Below, piece after piece: positions 14,333 through 28,800 of a stretch of DNA of 64,000 nucleotides (positions are counted from its first letter, which is position 1; the number at the start of each line of letters is the position of its first letter). The stretch lies in assembly GCF_000485595.1 (NCBI RefSeq), contig NW_014577078.1:1115578-1179577 (forward strand), given 5' to 3'. The position numbers and the translations under genes were made by a program. The DNA is from Priapulus caudatus (lineage: Eukaryota). The notes beneath the pieces were generated by a model, which was given only the letters and a program-made list of their open reading frames with translations, had not been told where the DNA came from and did not search any database.

Positions 14333-15506
14333 ACTTCATGGATTTTCAGTATCCGTTAAAAAATCGCTTCGCCGGTTAGGGAATTTCTCAAGAAATCCGA
14401 TCGTGATGACCCACGCAGCACGCACTCTATCTCTCGCATGATCATCGATGACGTCATCGCGATGCCGTGTTGTACTGACAATGTTGATGCGTTCATCGCA
14501 GCATCACAGTGAGCTGCATCATTCGAACATCATACTCTTCCCCCATGTAATCGTAGTGTCAGCCGTCATGCACTCATCGTCTGCGACTCATCTGTCGGTT
14601 TACCGGTTAGCGGTTATTTGTTTGCTATAACCAGTGTGCGTATAGACAGACATGTGGACGGGGTACGGCGTAGCTTAATCGTTCGTTGCAAGCAGATGTC
14701 CATGCAAATTGATCGACCAAACACATTAACGTGAATGCCCATGAAACGCACGCACAACTCACGTTACCTAATCAATCAATAGCTGGAGCCTCTCAAAATT
14801 CTAATCGCCTCTTTTCAGTTAGGGATGTCGCAAAACAACTGGCCTGTGCTCAACCGCGTTTTAGATTGGAATTGCGCCAATGCGTAAATTCAGAAATGAA
14901 TTCTCCGTAATATATGTTGTATATATGCGCGCGCGTGCGTGAGTGCGTGTGAGCGCGTACGTGCGTGCTTGCGGGCGTTTGCGTGTTTCGTGCGTGCGTA
15001 CGTACATGCATACGTGCGTGTGTGCGTCTTTGTGTGTGTGTGAGTGTGTTTGTGCGTGTGTGTGCGGGTGTGTGTGCGTGTGTGAGTGCGCCTGTATGTG
15101 TGTGCGTGTATGTGTGTATGTGTGAGAGATGTAATGTGTCTGCACAAACCTACAGACTATGGCCGCCTATATCGGGTTACAGATCAAACGTGCGGGTTTT
15201 CATCGAAATATCGTTGAAATCTAATAAACTAGAGTCTACTAGAAATGACGCACAGCCGATATCTACGCTTTCCAAGACAGAATCAGACAAGACCTACGAA
15301 TAAAACTGCTTAGTCTGGTTGGCTGCACTGAGGTTACACTTTCTATCTAGTATGCGCTGACATATATTCACTCGACTCGCTAGGGCCGCCGGGTCATCGT
15401 TAGTTAGCCTGAAAGTACTATAAGTGAGTGTAATGAAACTAGCACTAACTCAATCATCTAGCTAGTGCGCACTAACTCAGTCATTGCAGCCGTGGGTTTA
15501 TTCCAT

Positions 15507-15537
<31 letters not shown>

Positions 15538-16571
15538 TATTATAATCGACCTTGTTGTCGAGCGCAGTGACGAAATGGACCCTATCTTGTTATATAGGGC
15601 AATCTATTTTAATACGTTGTGGACAATGCCCGTATAACATTCATGGCCAGAAAGACTACCTAAATAAATAAAAAAAGATTGTGTGAGTGCATTATAAGTA
15701 TAATGGTCTTTATATAAAATTGACATAAATTAATTATGTTATAAGAAGAAATATCATTCACGGTTTGCGCTTATTAAAATGACAATTAATGTATTATTGC
15801 AGCAAAGGCAATACAATAATAAAATAACAGAATAAAGGATCTGCATTATTGACAAAAGTCGTTACTAGACCGGAAAACTTTGCTAAGTGACTGTAACCTG
15901 ATATCATTAAACATAATACGATTCCTGGCACGTTTTTGTTTCTATTCAGTCCAGTTTTTCCTGTCATTACGTTTTTGAATGAAATTCAAATATGCTAAGC
16001 ACATTCTTTAGAATTCTGGCTGAGAAATATACATGTACTTACTTGAATGACGAGTATCTGAGTCGAGACTGATTAAAAATTTCAAGCCGGTAGTGGAGCG
16101 GGAAAGCGGCGTTAAAAACGTAAGTTCGACCGCGCACCATTGACCGGTGATTAGCTGCAGCTTTATATGGCTTGCATTTCACGGCAACGCGCGACATCTA
16201 CTTTCTGAGAGATATAAGCCGCCATTCCTCCGAACGCGCACACTGTATAGGCACAAAGGCGTATTAGCTAATTCTTTTCTTAGTTTTGGTAGTCTTTTGT
16301 TAAAGGTCGTTGTTCAGATTTTTTAATATCCCCTTTCGAGACAATCTGCATTTGGCTAGCGTAAAAGCAGATGACATGCACAACATTATGATAATAGCTT
16401 CAATTAGTAGGTTTTATAATTGCGTTTATAAAATGGGCAGGTTGCGGGCGGCACTGTGCTATGCGCGATAGATACCGTCACCAGTGCGCAATGTTTTAAC
16501 ACCTATTGTCCACTTAATTAATTAGAATAAAAAATAATTAATTAATAATTAGTTAGAACAAATCTGTAAGC

Positions 16572-18050
16572 ATGCGATATCCATTCTATCTATCCATCCA
16601 TCCAATCCATCGTATCTATCCATGCCATCCCATTTATCCACATCATTCCATCCATGCCATCCACCACCAATCCATCCATCCATACCATTCCATCCATCAT
16701 CCATCCATAATTCCATACATCCATCCATCCATCCATACCATCATCCATAACCATGCATCCATCGCATCCATCCATCCATACCATCCGATCCCGAATCCAT
16801 CATACCAATACCATCCATCATCCATACCGATGCCATCCCATCCACGCATCATCCATACCATCAACCATTCCATCCATCCATCCATGCCATCCATCCATCG
16901 CATGACCCCATCCATTCCCATACCATCCATCGCATCCATCCTCCATCGCATGCCATTTCTCCATCCATCCATCCATCCATCCATAGCAATCTATCCATCC
17001 ATCCCATCCATCCCATCATCCATCCCCATAACCGATCCATCGCATCCATCATACCATTCACCATGCATCCTCCCCATCATCCATCCATGCCATCGCATCC
17101 ATCCAATCCATCCATTCCATGCCATCATCATCCAATCCATCCATCATGCCGATCCATCCATCCATTCCATAACATGCCATCCCCATGCCATCCATCCCAT
17201 CCCATCCATCCCATCCCATCCCCATCTGCCATCCATCCATGCATGGCCCCATCCACATCCATGCCATCCATACCCAATGCATCCTAACATCCCATCCATG
17301 CCCAATCCATCCTTTGCCCATGGGGCCTGCGCATGCCATCCATCCCCCATCCATGGGCCGCATCCCCCATGCCCACTGGCCGATCCAATCATCCATACCA
17401 TCCGCATCCCATCCCATCGGGCGATCCATCAGCATCCCATCCCCCACTCATCGGGGCCATCCCATGCGCATGCCAATTCCATCCCATCGATTCATCAATC
17501 CATCCATCATCCTACCATTTCCATTCATCTATCCATACCCATCCATTCCCATCCAATCCATCCATCATTCATTTATCCATCCATCTATCCATCCATGCCA
17601 TCGCATCCATGCGGGCGAATCCATCCCATTCGCATCCATACCATCCATCCATCCTCCATCCATCGCATCCGCACCATCCATCCATCCATCCATCCATCCA
17701 TCCATCCATCCCAATCCATCCATCATCCATCCATCCATCCATCCATCCATCCATGCCATCATGCATCCATCATGCATCGCCATCCATGCCATCCATCCAT
17801 CATCCATCCATGCCATCCATCCATCCATCGCATCCATGCCATCCATCCAATTCCAACCATCATCCATCATCCATCCTTACCATCCATCCATACCATCCAT
17901 ACCATCCATCCATCCATCCATCATTCCATGATCCATCCATCCATGCCATCCATCCATCCATCCATTCCATCATCCATCCATCCATTCATTCAATCCATCC
18001 AGGACCATCGATCGCATGCCATACCATTCATGCCATCTATTCCCAATCCA
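16572..18050. repeat. Degenerate (ATCC)n array, copy B
   Basis: ~1.5 kb of noisy ATCC units, with the same flanks as 6460-7693. Confidence 0.93.
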
Positions 18051-20576
18051 CCCCCCTTTCTCTATATATAATCTTCATAATCTATTCTATAGCTCTAAAT
18101 TAAATGGCTGCCATCGTAGCAGTAGTAATTGTAGTAGTATACAAAGTTAACATGGCATGTAATCGGAAATAACGTATATAATTTGAATTAAAAGATACAA
18201 TTAAACCTTATCACCCTACGTCATACTTGCACACAACCTGTCAACCTAATAAATATATTAAATTTCCTGAGGTTCTATTACTTTTATAGTCGTCGTTTAC
18301 AATGTACTTATTAACGCAATCTCAAGATCGCTAGAATAGCTACGTCACTGTATCGATAGAAAGATGTTACACGGCGCCATAAATACGACAGCTATATTTA
18401 CCGCGTCGCACGCCTTCGCCCTTCAGCACTCTAACAGATTTTAGTCGATATTGTACACAGCTAATACTAGAAATATCATTTCCATTATTTCAGCTCGCGA
18501 GGAGCAATTCCCGTCTGTTGCACAATTTCGTGTTCAATTTCATATCCGACGGGAACGCGAACGCTGTCCTATCGAGAAATTCTTGCCAAAAGCCGATGCC
18601 GCGTAAAACACTAGAGCGCGGCCAGAGTAGCAGCATGTGAGTTGAGAGAGCACGTGACTCATGGACGTGTCAGTTCCGATGCAGTGTGTACATCTCAAGT
18701 TTATTGCCTGGCAAGCGGACGCTCCCAGATATCGCGTGAACTCGCGAGAGCCGGCCACTGCAGCTGATCCGCACGTTTCGCCGTACTCGATGCGGAGTAA
18801 AGTCCATTATTGTAGCCCAAATGGCCATCAAATTCTTCACTAAAGGCTGCGGACTTGATTGTCACCAACTCTGGTTATTTCACTGATATCGCGGGAGATG
18901 ATAGCTGCATGCCCATATAATAGTCATATGGGCCACTATATGGCCTAGAGCTTTACGTGCAGAAATATTGGAGAGAGCGGGTGCAGGCACGGCTGGCTAG
19001 CCGACCGGAGACAAAAAAGCAGAGGAATCGAGAAGCCGTTATCAAAGGGGAAGCTACTGTGATTGTGCTCGCATACTGCTGCCTTCTAAGAGGCATTAAC
19101 TCATGAAGCCCCCGAAGGTTTAGCCAAGACTACATAGGCTCAACGAGATAATGATTACCTTCTGAAACCTCTGTTGATATACGCCTTCTGTTAATACTTG
19201 CCTTCTCGGCGCGGCGTTAGAAGTGCACGTTGAAATCGTTCGTCCATCGGTCTGGTCGTTAGTGTAAGCGCTGTATTCAATCATGGCCGCCCATGCACGA
19301 AGTCCCTGACCGCTGACCATTGCCCTTCGGTCCAGATATTTTGTCTCGCCAAAATGCTATCCCAATGCTGTTCTTTATTACGGAACGTATTTCTGCCGCC
19401 TCGGAAGCCGTGAAGAATAATGGTCAGCACATGCATAGACGCAGTATGTCAACAGCAGACCCCATAGGATTTATTGCTGCTCAGTAAACCCGACAGAGTC
19501 CAATGTACGACAAATGTCACTGCAGCTGGTATTCATCGCTGCATGTATGCTGGATTGACTCGACGTAGAGCCGTATATACGCCCTGTCTGTTGCCCGACG
19601 TGTCGGCAGCGAATAGCTTATTGCGAGATGCGTAATGGCCGCTACATAAATATATGTTGGCAGTGAAAAATTCACTTAAGGTGCCCCTTGCCACTTAAAT
19701 CGTGGCCTTCCCGCGTTAAGGTTGTTTTTCAGGTTTCGTGCATATGTTTACCCTTACATGTGTGGCAGGTACATAAGAATGGAGAATGGTTACGGATTAA
19801 AGTATTATTGAAGTGGACTAAGTTTTTCAAGTCATTTGATTAGCAACGCCATCATTTTCTATATGCCGCCCTATAATTCTTTTTCAGAAAAGTGTCGCAG
19901 CTATCGGATGCGCAAATTAAATAAGAGAGTCTACAATCGAGAACTAAAACGCGATTTTCGCACTGCGGCATTTTATTTAAGTGTTATGGGCATATTTCTC
20001 GCTTTAAAGGTTTTTAAACGCTAGAAAATACACTAGTAATTCAATTTATAATTTATTTTATGGATATAACTGTGATTTATTAAAAATTTGTTGGATTAGC
20101 TAAGGGGCGAGCCATCTTTATTTCATACACTTTACAGTAATACTAAATTACTCTTTTGCTGCAATAGCTTAGCAAATGGTCGTCTGAACTGATTTGATGT
20201 GTTATAGTAAAATATAGTGAAATTGATTAACGAACATGCACATCACGCGGTAAATTTTTTACATGCGCACATTAGCGGACAAGGGGAATGTTTTTGCATG
20301 GTAGTGCTGTTTGGTAATAACTTCCTCTTCATGGCCAAACTCAGTGATAAAGAAATGGCTCAAACAATACATGATCATAGTAAAAGATAAGAGGTTACGG
20401 GTGGGTGGGGAACATTATAGAAGAAGGAAGAAGGCCTTAGTATATAATTATCGACTCAATGTTTTAAGTAGGAACTATTAGGCAACGGAAAACGCTAATT
20501 TTTGCGGCTGGAAACATGGTAATGTAATGAGCGCACATATTGTGAAGTAAATCGCAGCAAATCCTCGTATTAATTG

Positions 20577-20596
20577 ATGTGTGTATGTTTGTTGTT

Positions 20597-20693
<97 letters not shown>

Positions 20694-20980
20694 GTATGTG
20701 TGCGTGTGCGCATCCGTGCGTATGTGCGTGTATGCGCGTGTCTGTCTGTGTGTATGTGTGTGGCGGTGCAGACGGCTTGTGTTGTAATCGCCTTGTGTTG
20801 TATCCGGTCTGATGGCGCGCGAAAATAAACTATGTGCATCTATACAGGGCTTCCACACGCGTTTGTATAGAATTCAAATTTTTTTAGCGAGGCTGTGCAG
20901 AACGCGTCGATCGTAGCGTCGTAGGGAGCTTTACTCAACGCGTATCTGTGACGTACCACGTCTGCTGCTCTCGCTCTCGC

Positions 20981-21045
<65 letters not shown>

Positions 21046-21136
21046 TGTGTTTGTGTGTGTGTGTGTGTGTGTTCGTTTGCGAGCGTTTGTGCGTGTGTGT
21101 GCGTGCGTGTGCGTGTGTGCGTGTGTGCGTGTGTGT
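20577..21136. repeat. Two (GT)n tracts separated by ~215 bp of unique sequence
   Basis: GT runs at ~20577-20765 and ~20984-21136. Confidence 0.9.
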
Positions 21137-22417
21137 AATAATTCACCGGCGCTTTGGTTTTATATCATGCCAAACTCGCACGTGGCCAATTCTAATTGTA
21201 CGTTTGAAGCAAACCCGATCAATGAATTAATTGCTCGCGTGTGTCCGACAATTTTTGATTATAAATAACGACGAATATAGTAATCCTCTTATCAGATTCG
21301 GTTTTTCTGCAGTAAATTCAGTCAAGCTAGAACTAGCTATGGAACATCGGAGATATGATATAGCTAATATTTATAGCTGCGAATGATTGATTGAAAATGG
21401 GTTTATCAGCTTCGCGTCATGACTTCGACTTCATACTGTCTTCATTCCGCTGAATTTTTATTATTCTTGTGGGATAACTATTAAACCTTCTGGGTGCACT
21501 GCGCGTATTGTTTCCATTTTTTAAAGTAAATACGGCTGTCGGCTGTACAACTAGACGGACCGTAAAAATGTATCATGGCATTATAATACAAAGCCCCGAT
21601 GAGAATTCGCATAACGTTTCCGTTGAAATATTCCTTTCTTAAATAGACGCACAATTGTTTTCACGGAATTATATCAATCGGTACAGAGGCTGTCCACGTC
21701 TTTGTACCATAGTCGATATATTGTCGTATAAATAGAAAACGACTCTGGAAATGTGTGTTAAGAAACGAACTACGAAACACTCTGCACCGACGCCTGCGTT
21801 GTGAGTGAGTGTATTTTTGTAGCAGCTAACAGAAGCAAGCACATTGCATCGAGTACCGACTAACTATTGCAGCGTCCGATTTAAACATCGATTCCATTGT
21901 GGAATTATAACACTATCTTATTGCAACATGGATATAGCAATTTTTTTTTTTTTCGAGCCATTTTTGTTACATGTTAGTTTACTTCACAGATCAAGCATTT
22001 CTAATTAAGACGAGCTAGGAATGCTAAATAACGAACAATTTTGTTTACTTTCCCTCCCAATACTCACTCTGTGACATAAATGCGCGATGATGCCCTGTAT
22101 TTGATATAAATTTGAAATCGTAACATACGTGCATAAACCAGTCAAGTTTGCTTCAGAAAAACTTTTGGCCGAGTGCTATGTTTTCAAGGATATGAATCAA
22201 TGAGTGGAAGTAAAAAAACGCAATTTACGATTGGGCCCGAGATTTCGACTTAATATGGACAAATTAAGCGTATGTTATTGTAATCCTCAAAATAAAATGC
22301 TTAGCATAGTTCTATTTCTTCTCGGCCTCGAGCCGAGCAGTATCACGGTAAATAGATATAACTGGTCTAGACATGTAATACACTCATGCCAATTACACAT
22401 TATCACGTTGTTTTCAG

Positions 22418-22851
22418 ATACTGGCCTGACTATCCTCACACTGTTGGGTAGCCTTAACTCGTGCACAAATCCCTGGATCTACATGGCATTCAGCGGCAAC
22501 CTCTGTCGAAACCTGCAACGAGTCTGGCGACGCGACTGCAAGGAGCTTTACAGCGGAGGCAGCAGCACGATGAGAACGCGGATGTCGCACATGAGCGAGA
22601 GCCATAGTGTTGGCTATCATGACGTCACCAGCAGCGTGACGCGACCCCGACTACAGGGAGACGGTCAGGTTGGAACCAACGGTACCCAGCTCGCAGATGA
22701 GAGAAGAAACCTGTGTATGTCGGCTAACAAACAACTTATGGATGAAATGCGAAAGTCGAAGGACAGTTTATCAGCTGGCGTTGGTATTGCAAACAGTGAC
22801 GATGCATATAAGGAAACAATTGAACTGAAGCCTTTGGGAACTTCGGATTGA
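22418..22851 (+). CDS. Terminal coding exon (TM7, helix 8, C-tail) of a vasopressin/oxytocin-family (conopressin/annetocin-type) GPCR
   Basis: Acceptor ttgttttcag ends at 22417 (phase 1). The exon reads xTGLTILTLLGSLNSCTNPWIYMAFSGNLCRNLQRVW...LKPLGTSD* with TGA at 22849-22851. LLxSLNSCxNPWIYMxF is the TM7 signature of OXTR/AVPR-family receptors, which typically have an intron just before TM7. The part of the ORF-track ORF upstream of 22418 is intronic. TM1-TM6 exons were not found in the window. Confidence 0.9.
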
Positions 22852-24190
22852 ACGTTTATTGTATTAGTACTCGTCAAAGCACTTGTTTCCGATTGCATTT
22901 CCGTTTCCGTATTACCGGCGTTTTCTAATAGCTCGACGATAATAATAACACTAGAACATACTTGTTTACTGGCTGATAATCTGGCAGACTACTTGCAATT
23001 AATGACCTACACGCCTACAACGATACTTGTTTCTTAATAACACGCACGTTCTCTAAGAGATCGTATAGAATGTCTCTGCCAAGCACTAGAGTGCCCCTAC
23101 GTGAAACAGCACATATCTATGAATTTAACGATGTAGTTTTTACGTGTGTAAAGATTCTATTTCATAAATGTTGCTTCATTGTGGCCTGTACCGTGGCGAC
23201 ATCTCGATTTTATATGACGCGTTGCGACTTTATCGTATTTTATCAGGAGATTTCCTTCATAAAATCTCCTGATTTTATCCCATACAATAAAATTTCCGTC
23301 GTCTTTATCAATTTCGGTAGCTAACACTGAACCAGGCCTGTCAATCGGTTTCAGCACTATGTACAGACCTGCACACATTTCCGCCCGCGGAAGTCTTGCT
23401 AAGTGCGTTATGAGTTGCATGTGCCACGATAGAGCGTTGACGGCATCTGACAGAAGGGTATGCGTGCTTGTTGGCGTACGGCGACTACCATGACAATACG
23501 GAATAACCGCGCAGAGCATGACGCCAATTAGAGGCTAATTCTTTCATGTTTTTCGGGCTCTCTAAAAGGAGAATTGGCGAGAGTCCGGTGAAAATAGCAG
23601 TTGAGCTCCACAACAGAACCTCTTCGCGAGAATAGGACGAATGCGGAGCTGTATTCCCTCCAGCACGACGTACATCTGGTTAAATTAACGTGAGTGGGGG
23701 AATCTGAAGGAAAAAGAGAGCATGAACGTAGGCCTTAGGCAGACACGTGCTACCGTCCTGTACCCGTGCGTGGTGCTAACGCACTGCAGGGGCGCGTTAT
23801 AGAACCCATGACAACATAACCGGCGTGTAAGAACGCTGTCGAACTGACATGCATGGTTTGCGCTGTCCGGGACTGTGATGAGAATACCCTGTGGTTATTA
23901 GGTGTCGCGAATTAGACCCAAAACGTGATACTTGCATCGCATCGCCCAAATTTCTATCAATTCCATAGTTGTCTCTACGTTGAGAGCCGTACTTGTGAAA
24001 TGTGAACCATTTGATATCACATCATACGAGCATTTTGCCCATGATATGTTGACGCAAATATCAATGTTTGAATGCTTCATAAGCAAATGCTAGCCGCCAT
24101 TACTAAGCAGCGCCTTATTGTGTCGAACTGATACTTTGATGCATCTGAAGAAAGGTGGACTGACTAGGCCAATCAGTGCGACTAACGGCG

Positions 24191-24780
<590 letters not shown>

Positions 24781-25156
24781 GCGTGGGCGTTGCCGAAAAT
24801 GTGAAGAGGTCTAATTCAATCAGCGATTACGACCAATTCGACAAATCATAAATGAGCATATCCTTACCTAATGTACACGGTGATGGAGTGGCGATATCCC
24901 CGGCTCGACTCGTGTACAGTTTGCGCACCATCGATGTCAAGTCCTGCGCGCTGAAGCCTAATGCCTCCGCTGCCGAGTATCAATCGCTACATCGCGTCTT
25001 TGCCGGAATGTCTTTCAGCAATCGGCGTGTCATTATGGATGGGTGGGTACGTGCAGCGGAGGTGACGCTTTGTGCGGCCATAATGGCCGGTGTTCTTCTA
25101 TGTTGGATTATTAACGCGTGCGTGTGTGTTGTGTGTGTGCGCCTGTGTGTGTGTGT

Positions 25157-25250
<94 letters not shown>

Positions 25251-25820
25251 TGTGTAATAAATACCGGATTCCGAGTATGTGCCGCGCGCACCGTCCACCT
25301 ACGAATCCAGGTCACCGTTTTCAGAAACAAAATGAGTCTTAACAATTACCTTCGCGCAATCTGTGCATAAAGTAGTCCTGAATTTACATGTAGTAAGGTG
25401 GCAGCATTGGCGTAGCAACAAGACTTGTGTAAAATCGACTTTACCAGCAGGCGAAATTATTATCTAGCTTACTGTCGATTCTGTGAAAGTAATCGCAAAT
25501 GACCTTCTTTCGTTTGTTCCTGGACGTCTTACGATAACGTTAGAAAACATTAGACTACAGACCGAATTTATTCAAATTACTCTGCGGTAGTAGTTGTGCG
25601 AGTCAAACAGGGCCTGTAAATACAATATATGTAAACAATATACGAATCGCTATAGCGAATAACCTACTAAAAGTTATTTTTAAATAAAAAAAAACATGTA
25701 TGATATAAATATTAATGGGAAACATGCCATAGGACATACAAGGATAACATTTTTAATCAAGACATTGTTGTGATGTTGAATGATGATCGAGAGGCCAAGA
25801 TAAAATTTGTACTCGTAAAT

Positions 25821-25853
<33 letters not shown>

Positions 25854-28800
25854 GTAGCCGTTGTGACGGCTATAACGAGTTTGGTCATCGCGTGCGTAGG
25901 TCTACGTGCGTATATATTCACTGTGCAACTTTCGTCCTTATATACCCAATCTTAAATTAAAGTATTCGTTGCATGCCGCAGGGAGTGGGAATTAATGGGG
26001 GTATTCTACGCAAGGAATCGTAATTTGGGCATTTAAAGTACATTGCAGACGACAGCGTGGCGCCTTGCCTCGCCTTGTCTCTTGGCGGGCGTAACGTCTC
26101 ACCGTTGGTTAGCGACCAACGAGTAGATATGATTCCGGAATGCGATTCGTAAATCTCCGCTCCATGATATCGACTGGGAAAACACAGAACACGCTCTCGT
26201 GTAAATCTGTTCGATCAAGGTACTGTTTGTTCCCTATTTGAAACGCCATTGGGGCATTACGCCCGATACAGGATCGTGAGCTCATGCTAAGATATCTTAC
26301 TTCTTATCATCCGGTCTGAAGGCTTTGACAGGGTTGTTTAAAGTTTAAGATAGGCGTGAGTAAAGCAATATCATGGCTGAGTAGACACTACGCAGCCATG
26401 CAGATGTGTGCACACCATGGCTGAGGGGGGGGGGCGACTAAGCAGGTCAGTAAAAACCTTGGTCACCAAAACATGTTACCAACGTGAGAGCTATAGTGCT
26501 TGGCATTTAGATTGTTATTGAGAGCACGCGTGACATAAACGGCCCACTTATTTAGAATACTAATATGTAACCACACGTGCCCACTTCCCTCTCACCCTCC
26601 TCATCAAAAAGTATATATTTATTTTAGTTTTGGTTCACATAGTGTTACCTATAGACGTGGGAAACAGATAGAGGGGGAAGACGAGGAGCGAAAGAGAGGA
26701 GAGATAGAGAGAGGGAGAGAGAGAGAGGCGGGGACAGAGAGTTAGTGCGCGCGTGAGAGAGGAGAGAGAATGTTAATATTTGCCAGTATGACTAGAGAGT
26801 ATAGGAACCTAACAACTTAGTTACGTTAATAACAATGCTCACGCGCACAAAAAATGACGCTCATAACAGCGAGTAGTGTAATGTTTGTAATGTCAGGTAC
26901 ACCTACGTACATGACTAGTTCAACAGAAACGAAATCCCATCAAAACTTGGTATTAGAGGCTCGGTTTCGAGTATTAGCAACCCCCTCCCCATGGCTGTGA
27001 TCAACGATTAGCGGTTTCGCTGCTAACCGACTTCTTGTTTAAAACCCCCTTGATGTCACCTTGCTTTATATATACATACGCGAATAAAGTGTATGGATCT
27101 AGAGCTAAACTCCGTCACATATTTGCTTATGTTATAACTGGTATTTAATCTATGTGTGTACACACGTACCGCTCTATATGGCCGTGGGCAGTAAAGCTCC
27201 GCGATTGCGCCTGTATATTCGTATAGTTTGCGGACTTTATAGAGTTTCTAAATGTCGTACGTAACTGACTAATAACAGTATATAGATAGTTGGCATCGTA
27301 CGTTGTTTCGAACCGATAGCCTTGATATTATATTGTACGTATTACTTGTTGCCATCGCGCGTACTATATGGTGGTGAGTCCCTGCCGTGATCGATCGTGT
27401 CACAGCATGGAGGGACGCGTACGTACTTTGGGTCGTAGAGGGAAAAACCCAGTAAATTATTGGGTGCGAGACGAGGAGCGGGCTGAGTGTCATAGGCGAC
27501 ATACGAAGCCCCCGAAAATTGCGAACCAAGTACCGCCAACGCCTGCCAGACAAAGAGAGACGGCGAGGAGGAAGAGGGGAGTAGGGCGGCAAGCGAGAAA
27601 AATGGGAACTTCCTGTCAACAGAAATAACCACTTTAATATCACACGCGAATACTTTAAGGGACACGATACGCATCAATTGCAATATTACGCAATATACAA
27701 AAGGTCAAAACTAGGTTGGGCTACTAGAGGCTAAGCTCCGTAGTCACTCACTATACACACGGACAGGCAAGCCAAGAGTAAGGCAACACAACTGGGCTGC
27801 TACAGGCAATTTTACACATTCTATTCGGTCACATAGTCCGACATATCCGACGGCTGTATGATATTGCTGGCAGAGGCAACCTCGTAGATACATATTTAAC
27901 TTGGGGGTAAATCACATCGATGCCTGGTCACTTGTCAGCGCTGATTGATGTATGGAGGAAATGAAATAGAATAAGGAAGCGACAAGCGAGTGCTCACTCA
28001 CCTGTCAAACTCCTATGGTGGTGGTTGTATTTTATTTTACATCTTGCCCAGTTGTACATTTTGCAATAAACTCTGTTCGCGGTTGCATCTGTACGCATGC
28101 TATAATGACACTGCAACCCAGCCTTGTCTCGTTCTTGGTAGGACGTGCGTGATGGACATGCCTCGATCGAAATATTACATGGCACGATTGCTTCGTGTAT
28201 GATATCATGTATCATGTAAAATATGTGATACCATATAGAATCGCGAAACCCCACACGTCTTGTTCTGAACTATGCGGTTGCGAATGGATCCTATATATGC
28301 GTTATGTCGTTGAAACGCACATGTATGGAATCAATGCAACCAGTCACCGCACATCGTCCAACGCACCTATACATATCAACGGTTGTCACTGGCGGTATGA
28401 AGTCTATAAAAGTCTATGACGGCATAGTGTATCGGTAGGTGGGTGAATGTGAGTGGAGTCCTGAGGGCGGCGGGAGATTTTGCGAAATGAGAGGGGGCCG
28501 CTATCCGATTGGATAAAATTGTTCAGTTGACGTTGTTTGATCGCATGAGTGGATAAATTGTCACGTACTATTACTATTTATAAAGCTATTTATACGCGAC
28601 GTAATAAGCCCAAACTTCATTTCTTGTGTCAGCGAGATGTCTAGTCGAGCGCAGATAACGAGGAAATTCAAAAATATTTTATACGCATGTGGTGTTATTC
28701 GAAAGTATAGACCAACGGTCTTCAGCTTATATTACATGCGATAGGGATTGCATTATTGTGTAACATTGAAATGTTTGTCGACTAGCTGATCGTATTTATG

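Larger units (their letters stand above)
15576..23323 (+). repeat. Copy B of the ~7.5 kb duplication; contains the intact GPCR exon
   Basis: Collinear with 5502-12952 and continuous with unique flanking sequence on both sides, with no gaps. Confidence 0.93.

Noticed and set aside
22204..22417. N-terminal part of the 215-aa ORF as receptor sequence
   Set aside because: No GPCR similarity before the acceptor at 22417; this is intron read-through.
22828..22851. Functional link between the receptor C-terminus and the neighbouring PDZ-containing MAGUK
   Set aside because: The tail ends GTSD, without the terminal hydrophobic residue of a PDZ ligand, and adjacency alone is not evidence.
24865..25100. 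Minus-strand donor AG|GTAAGG with a short upstream frame, and the 172-aa + strand ORF
   Set aside because: No recognisable protein and no partner exon; the ORF runs into a GT tract.
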